This document shows positions 55,545 to 64,000 of a stretch of 64,000 bases of DNA, piece by piece (the stretch's first letter is position 1; each line of letters starts with the position of its first letter). The translations under genes were made by a program, and so were the position numbers. Origin of the DNA: Octopus vulgaris (Eukaryota); the NCBI GenBank assembly GCA_951406725.2, contig OX597816.1, positions 130,758,001 through 130,822,000 on the forward strand. Direction: 5' to 3'. The notes below the pieces were generated by a model. That model was not told where the DNA came from and searched no databases. It worked only from the letters and a program-made list of their open reading frames with translations.

Positions 55545-55959
55545 TATATGGCGTAGTGGTTAAGAGCGCGGGCTACTAACCCCAAGATTCCGAGTTCGAT
55601 TCCAGGCAGTGATATGAATAATAATAATAATAATAATAGAAATAATAGTAATGATAGTAATAATAGTAATGATAGTGATGATGATAGTGATGATGATAGT
55701 GATGATAGTGATGATGATAGTGATGATGATGATGATAGTGATGGTGATGATAAAAATAACAATAATAATAATAACATCGAAAAATATTTAGGAATGAGAA
55801 CCCAGGTTCGAAATTTCCCCAAGACAGCTGATGAAGGCTGGAGGGTATATCAGCCGAAAGATTGTGTTAACAACAAACAAGATGAGAGCAAATATCCGTT
55901 AAACGTAAATAATGTAAATAATGTACATAATTCCTCCTCATCTCTTAAATATAGAACTG
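55545..55959 (+). mobile_element. tRNA-headed repeat with an internal triplet microsatellite and a hammerhead-like 3' module
   Basis: A box TGGCGTAGTGG and B box GAGTTCGATTCC, then (AAT)/(GAT)n, then CTGATGA-A-GGCTG-loop-CAGCC-GAAA at 55828-55859. Confidence 0.7.
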
Positions 55960-56412
55960 GATGACAATTATGTTATGAACTTCATTAGCTTACAGGTGCA
56001 CTGAAAGTAGATATTCTATTTTAGTCAGGTGAGAAGACAGTACCCATAGCCTATTATATTATGAGGTTTCTGAGAGTTGTAGAGTGGAAAGAGGAAAGAA
56101 GGTATCCTCAAACAAGAAATCTGGAGTGGACTTCTTAAAAGCACCCAAGTTATCATGTGGTGATATTAAATCCTGTGACGGGTTATTTCTACCATCAAAG
56201 TAGGACATATCCTGATTTGAACTTTGAACGCGAAGAGCCTGAATAAACGTTCCTACACTTCCACCAATTCACCGTCTTGGATTGATATTTTTTTTTTTTT
56301 TTTTACGACAAACACTCCAAATTAATCTACACAAGATCTGAACTCTGAGCCAGAGAATCGAAAGAAATATCATGCAGCATTCCATTACGTGGTCTAACAA
56401 CTCTACCAATAT

Positions 56413-56444
<32 letters not shown>

Positions 56445-57458
56445 AACATAAAAGTTGCGATGAGTGGCGTTCTACAAAAGATATGCGTAGGACAGACACC
56501 AGGACCCTAATTCTTCATCAGTTATCGACCGAGAAATACTAATACCTAGTTTTATGCCATGTATGTATGTATGTATGTATGTATGTATGTATGTATGTAT
56601 GTATGTATGTACAGAATGTTTGAAGTGGTGTACAGATATTGTATATTAAGAAGGAGGAAGTCACAATTAGGGGTAATTCTTTATCCTTATTAGCGCCTTC
56701 GTCCGTTCAATCGAACTCTTAAAAATATCTTTAAGAGATCGATTATATTATATATAATGTATGAACGTATCTATGAATATACAAAAATATGCTTATAAGT
56801 TTATATATACATAAACATATGTTTATGCATATTTAAACTTGAAAACATATGTACATACATACATACATACATACATACATACATACATACATAGATGTGT
56901 GTGTGTGTGTGTGTTTGTGTGTGTGTATCAACATGTATCAATATGTATGTTTGTATATGTAACGCCGAAATATTGAAATACCAGATAAAAGTACTGTAAT
57001 CCTCAATCTATATTACAAATTTTTAACAACTTGCATTGTGATTCATACATATATAAAGTATATAAAATTTTATACCAAGACGAATATGGTATATATAATT
57101 CAATTGCGAATGGGAAAATAGTAAACAATATGACAGCTATAGTAGCCTGCAAGTAAAGCAATACCCTCCGGTTCATTATATACTGACGATTGCAATAGCA
57201 ATTGCTGCACAACACTATACAACGACATTTCTGTCGATAAGTATTCCTTACAATTCCTTTAAAATGATAACGCAAGGGCGCGCACACGCACACACACACG
57301 CACGCGCACGCACACACACACATGCGCACAAACGTATGTGTACATACATATATGTATACATGTAGGTATATATGTGATCTGTGCATATATGCATGTATGT
57401 GTGTATACACACACACACACACATATATATATATAGATACCTATATATATATATGGCC

Positions 57459-57521
57459 AGATAACCGAAGAGATGGTGTTGTGGATTTCCACTTCGGCAT
57501 CTGAAACTCAGAGTTTTATCT
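57459..57521 (+). ncRNA. Type I hammerhead-like motif with a long stem II
   Basis: AGATAA-CCGAAGA-GATG..GTGGA-TT-TCCAC..CATCT-GAAACTC-A-GAGTT^TTATCT. Stem I is 6 bp and stem III is near-palindromic. Confidence 0.6.
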
Positions 57522-57546
57522 TGACTATTGAGTAATTGTAACATAT

Positions 57547-57674
<128 letters not shown>

Positions 57675-57754
57675 CATACATATACATATGTATATACACA
57701 CACAGGGGAGATAGATAGCTAGACAGACAGACACAGACAGATAGATAGATAGAT

Positions 57755-58320
57755 ATGTTTATTTATTAGCCACACAGGGCTGCACACAGACGGTACAGAT
57801 TACAAAGTAGAGCTTTTATTTTGGGGGGAGAGAAAAAAAAAGGTGGGTTAGGTTTTCGATCAAAAGGGATCGTAAAAGGGAAAGAAGAAAAAAAGGGGGA
57901 AAATGGGGAAAATAACGATCAATAGGGATCATGTATCACAGTGTCATAGTGTAAAGTGTAAAGGGGGAAGCAGATAAGGTTTATCCGTGGGAAGAAAAGC
58001 CTACGGAAAAGACCACGGTAACCTCGGTCAATGATGTTACATGTTACCACATTTGTTTGCAAGTAGGTAACCCTCTGTTTTAAATTTTCCGGGTTCATAG
58101 GATTATGCTCAAGGTGGCTTCCTTGCTACATTCACCCATCTTTTTTTGAAACATTCGCTAGACAAAACTTGCCTCTCTACTCTCACTTACCTTTTCAAGT
58201 GACACTTGAAAAAGTTGATGAGAGATTGACCAGAGAGGAAAGTGTTTGTCTCCAATCCTTTCAGACGCGTCCACCAGATACATTCTTTCGCCATAGCCAC
58301 AAGGATGATGAAAATAGCTC
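57755..58320 (-). mobile_element. Non-LTR retrotransposon 3' end (Tx1/L1-like, tentative)
   Basis: Minus-strand coding-like tail (FLSGQSLINFFKCHLKR...ERQVLSSECFKKRWVNVA), a pyrimidine-rich 3' UTR and AATAAA. It is embedded in (TAGA)n. Confidence 0.5.
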
Positions 58321-58322
58321 TT

Positions 58323-58489
<167 letters not shown>

Positions 58490-58979
58490 CTAACACATCA
58501 AAAATGGATAAACCGTCAATCAGATTAATCTTATTCTGTTTAAATAAACCCTCAGCGGTAAAACTAAAGTCGCAACAGGTATTTAACACTTGACCATAGT
58601 CTTGTGCATTGAACCCGAAATCAGTTAAAACTGGTTCAAACTTGAGCCAGCAATTTTGAGGTGAGCAGGATATATCGATTACATCGATATCAGTGTACAA
58701 CTGATTCTTTATCTTATCGAACCCGAAAGGATGAAAGACATAGTTAACCTCAATGGAATTTGAACTCAGAACGTATAAATTCGGAAGATGTTTTGAAATT
58801 TACATACATCTATAGATACGTCTGTGTGTCACTTTGTCTGTCTGTCTGTCTGTCTGTATGTAAGTATGTATGTATGTATGTATGTATGTATGTATGTATG
58901 TATGTATGTATGTATGTATGTATGTATGTATGTATGTATGTGTGTGTGTATGTATGTATGTATCTATCTATCTATCTAT

Positions 58980-59228
58980 CTTTTATCTTTTACTTGTTTC
59001 AGTCATTAGACTGCGGCCATGCTGGGGCACTGCTTTGAAGAGATTTTTTTCGTACTTATTCTATCGATCACCTTGTTGAACTGCTAACTTACAGAGACGT
59101 AAACACACCAACAAGCGGTGGTAGGGGACCGAGACACAAAGACTCACACGCAAACACACACAAACACACATACATACATAAATACACACACACACACATA
59201 ATACACACATACATAAATACACACACAC

Positions 59229-59259
<31 letters not shown>

Positions 59260-59275
59260 TACATACATACATACA

Positions 59276-59329
<54 letters not shown>

Positions 59330-59496
59330 CACGACGGGCTTCTTGCAATTTCCGTCTACCAAATCCACCCACAAGGATTTGGTTGGTACGAGAGTATAGT
59401 ACAAGACACTTGCCCAAAATACCACACAGTGGGACTGAAACCGGAACCATGTGATTGAGAAGCAATCTTCTTTTTTACACAACCACTCGTGGGCCT
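58980..59496 (-). mobile_element. SINE family B
   Basis: Head at 59333-59496 and tail at 58980-59130. Confidence 0.8.
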
Positions 59497-59811
59497 ATTT
59501 ATGTATGTATGTATATATGTATGTATATATGTATATGCATGCATGTGTGTGTATGTAAGTGTGCGTGTATGTGTGTATGTGTGCGTATGTGTAAATATTC
59601 TTAAATGTTTTTGTACACATTAATGCAAAAAAAAAACATTATAAGATTCATTTTACACATAGAATCGTATATGTAATTCTACAGCTACTGACATCGAAAT
59701 TTGTTCGATCAGGCTACACTCAAATTGTTAGGGTAAGCCAGAGAAAATTTGTGAAGGTATGAATCTTAGATATCACTGAAAAATACAGGAGTTCGTAGGC
59801 ATGAATGAATG

Positions 59812-59854
<43 letters not shown>

Positions 59855-59903
59855 GCCTCTCTCTCGCTCACTCTCTCTTTCTCTCCCCCCTTCTCTCTCT
59901 CTC

Positions 59904-59963
<60 letters not shown>

Positions 59964-60146
59964 TATACATGCATTCATACTCTCACACACATACATATAT
60001 ATATAAATGCTTTAGTGTAACTAAATCCCATAGACTTTGGTGGTTTGGGGATAAAGGACCGATATAATAAGTACCGGGCTTAAAAATAAATAAGTGCTGG
60101 GGGCAATTCATTCGATTAATATATTTGTGTGTGTTCGTGTGTATTT

Positions 60147-60198
<52 letters not shown>

Positions 60199-60220
60199 AT
60201 ATATGTGTGTGTGTGTATAC

Positions 60221-60293
<73 letters not shown>

Positions 60294-60544
60294 CACATAT
60301 ATGTATCAAGAGAGAAAGAATAATGGATAGATAGATTCAAATAAAATATAGAATAGGTCACCCTCTAGCCTGGAAACAGACCGCTAATTAACATATTAAT
60401 CGAAACTAATATCTAGCTGGTGTTGTATACTGTCTTTATCACATAGTGAATCCTTCCATTCGGCCTTCTTGTGTATGTGCCCTCGTCTGTTGTCTTCTCT
60501 GTGGTTGTCTTAGTCGTTTCTCCGTACATTTTAGTGTTTTATGC

Positions 60545-60702
60545 ATGTGTATGTGTGTGTATACATATATATTTCTATACATATATATATATATACATAT
60601 ATACATACATACACACATATATATATATATACATATATACATACATACACACATATATATATATATATACATATATACATACATACACACATATATATAT
60701 AC

Positions 60703-60779
<77 letters not shown>

Positions 60780-60932
60780 TATATACATATATACATACAC
60801 ACACATATATATATACATACATACATACACACACACATATATATATACATATATACATACACACACACATATATATATACATATATACATACACACACAC
60901 ATATATATATATATACATATATACATACACAC
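60545..60932. repeat. Compound (TA)/(TACA)/(CA) microsatellite with higher-order repetition
   Basis: Direct inspection. A similar block lies at 2108-2370. Confidence 0.9.
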
Positions 60933-61059
60933 TAATTTCTATAATTTCAATTTGGAGCTATAATGCACGAGAAAAAAATAATTCACGAAAAAATACCTTG
61001 CGAAGATAACATTGACTCTGACTATCCAGTGTAACGATTTAAAAATGATAACGGAATCA

Positions 61060-61195
<136 letters not shown>

Positions 61196-61214
61196 ATGTA
61201 TGTATGTATGTATG

Positions 61215-61450
61215 TGCAAGACACTTTATTTTCACGTTGCTCCAGTCCACTCAGCTGGCAAAAATGTGTAGTACTTGTATTTGAAAGAGCTAGCCTTGTC
61301 ACACTCTGTGTCACGCTGAATCTCCCTGAGAACTGCGTTAAGGGTACACATGTCTGTGGGGGTGCTCAACCAGTTGCATGTTACTTTCGTGAGCAGCCTG
61401 TTCCGTTGATCGTATCAGCTGGGACCCTCACCGTCGTAACCGACGGAGTG
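61215..61450 (+). mobile_element. SINE family D body and tail (5'-truncated)
   Basis: Shares sequence with 23283-23400 (inverted) and 62120-62285. Confidence 0.75.
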
Positions 61451-61927
61451 TTCTTATATATGCGTGTATGTATGTATTCATAAATATATACAAACGTCAT
61501 CGCTTATACGTACGTGCTTACATATATGAGCATTCAGCAATCATCTATGCAAATATGCTTACTTAGAATCAAGAATACATTCATGCGTACGTATATACAA
61601 ACATGCATACATACATTCATTCATACATACATACATGTATATATACATACATGAATAAATGCATGGACATAGATGTTTATATGGCCTACACGTATGACCC
61701 TATATCTTCATTGATACGGATTTATCAATATGCCCTGTGGTAGTCGGGGATATATAGTCACTGGTTTGCGATGACAGAAGACTTGGTGAAAATAATAGTA
61801 CTGTATTACGCAGAAGACTTGATGAAAATGATAACAGGCATTTTTAACGTTCATTCGATAAACGATGTTTCACCAAAGAACACTGATGCTGACGTAATGT
61901 CATTTATGTATCTATATATTTAATTAT

Positions 61928-62287
61928 GTGGAAGCGCAATGGCCTAATGTTTAGGGCAGCGGACTCGTGGTCGTAGGATCGTGGTTTCGATTCTCAGACC
62001 GGGCGTTGTGAGTGTTTATATAGCGAAAACATCTAAAGCTCCACAAGGCTCCGGCAGCGGGTGGGGGCGAACCCTGCTGTACTTTTTCACCACAACTTTC
62101 TTCCTGTTTCTGTTGTACCTGTATTTCAAAAGGGCCAGCCTTGTCACACTCTATGTCACGCTGAATCTCCCCGGGAACTATGTTAAGGGTACACGTGCTC
62201 AGCCGCTTGCACGTAAATTTCACGAGAAAGCTGTTCCGTCGATCGGATCAACTGGAACCCTCTTCGTCGTAACCAACGGAGTGCCAC
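61928..62287 (+). mobile_element. SINE with family C head and family D tail
   Basis: The head matches 10720-10899 (inverted) and the tail matches 61278-61450. Confidence 0.8.
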
Positions 62288-62374
62288 GGTTTAATTATAC
62301 AACATATACACACATATATATACATATATATGTGTATGTGTGCTTATATATATATATATGCATATACATGTATA

Positions 62375-62459
<85 letters not shown>

Positions 62460-62483
62460 TATATATCTATATATAGGTATATA

Positions 62484-62524
<41 letters not shown>

Positions 62525-62624
62525 CACACTCACACACATACACACACACACACACGTACACACACATATATCTTTTATTCTTTTACTCTTTTCAGCTTTG
62601 CAGCTGTGATCATGCTGGAGCACT

Positions 62625-63598
62625 ACTGTAGTCTTGCTGATTTCCTGCGGCTGGTGGTGGTGGCATTCACACCACTACTTTTGTATGTGCCTTTGTCCCA
62701 GTTGTTGGCCCATTTGGTGTATGAGGGAGTTTGATTCTACTGCCCTCGTCTGTAATTCATGTCAAGCGGTTGGTTCATCCGGTATTATGGAGAGGAGAAT
62801 TTCTAGTTGTTTTTTGAAGACATCTACGTCCACATTATGTAGATATCTGAATTTTTGTGGCAAGGTATTGAAGAGCTGTGGGACCTTGAACCCTAGGCTA
62901 GGCCATTACCTGGTCCTGAATTTATATGGATTGGAGGGTACTTTTGGTACAATATAATGACGTCCAGTTCTGGCATTGTATAAGATTCTATGCTGAAATT
63001 GGGTACTAGTCCTTGTTGGGTTTTCCATATGTAGATTATTACATATCTGTTATCGTTCTTTTTGAAGGCGTTGGACTGCTTCAAGCTCCGCTGTTAGTTT
63101 TTCATTATGTGGTGACAAGTTGAGAACAAAGGTCTTTCACTGGGTAAACATAACTTCGTAGTCTCTTGTCTTGAAGGACCTTAGTATCTGCCATGCCAGT
63201 TGTCTACACTTCGCTGCCATCTCGGTAACATACATATAAAATTTATGCAACATTGCATAAATTGTTCCCCAAGTCTTTCACTGTCTGTGACTCTGGGATC
63301 GCAGTACCTTCGGGTCCTGTATATGTAGGCCGCAGTGCTTTTGAGGGTTGATTGCACAGTGCTTGAAATTTTCGAGCATTAAACTGCATGTTGTTTACTT
63401 CAGCCCACTTGTAAATTTCATTCAGGTCCTATTGTAAGCTTGCGACATCATCTAGATTTTTTTTTATTGCCTGTGATAATTTTGTCTCATCGGCATAGCT
63501 AGTGACAGTGGTTGTCCGAGTGACCATGGGCATGTCTAAGAGGGCTATTATAAACAGTAATGACCCCAGGATATTTCCAAGGGGACGCCACTTTGAAA
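62625..63598 (-). mobile_element. CR1/L2-group LINE RT fragment, decayed
   Basis: ILGSLLFII, SYADETKLSQ, WAEVNNMQFN and RYVIIYIWK. It is related to 3467-4410. Confidence 0.85.
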
Positions 63599-63744
63599 TT
63601 ATAGATATATGATATATATATATATACATACACACACGTATATAACATATGGGGGATATGTGCATCGTAATTGGAAAGATACATACATACACATATTAAT
63701 ATATATACACAGATATGTAAATATACAACATACATACATACACA

Positions 63745-63821
<77 letters not shown>

Positions 63822-64000
63822 GTCTGTCTATCTCTATATATATACACACACATTATATATATATATATATATATATACATAGAGAGAGAGAGATACATAC
63901 ATACATACATACATATCAATTTATATATATATGTATATATTATAAATATATATACGCATATATGCATCAATGTATATCTATGTATGTGTATACGCACTCA

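Noticed and set aside
55614-55964. Asn/Asp-rich 116-aa protein
   Set aside because: It is a translation of (AAT)/(GAT)n inside a repeat element.

Overview
AT-rich eukaryotic DNA, extremely dense in microsatellites ((TA)n, (CA)n, (TACA)n, (TAGA)n, (AAT)n) and tRNA-derived SINEs. This landscape suggests an octopod cephalopod (inference). The only supportable host gene is Wnt7 on the minus strand. It has a clear internal exon at 6383-6612 and a phase-compatible signal-peptide first exon at 40689-40837, separated by a ~34-kb intron. Downstream exons lie to the left of the window. The rest is decayed mobile DNA: CR1-like, R4/Dong-like and Tx1-like LINE pieces, a Penelope-like element, mariner, Tigger and piggyBac remnants, MITEs, Helitron-like elements and a tRNA-Asp pseudogene. 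The most unusual signal, invisible in the ORF track, is a set of minimal type I hammerhead-ribozyme motifs with palindromic stem III. They sit in at least six unrelated short repeats, several with direct-plus-inverted architecture. One is a 352-bp retrozyme-like unit whose hammerhead is sense to the Wnt7 pre-mRNA. Most ORFs in the track are microsatellite artefacts. All calls were made by eye, without database searches.
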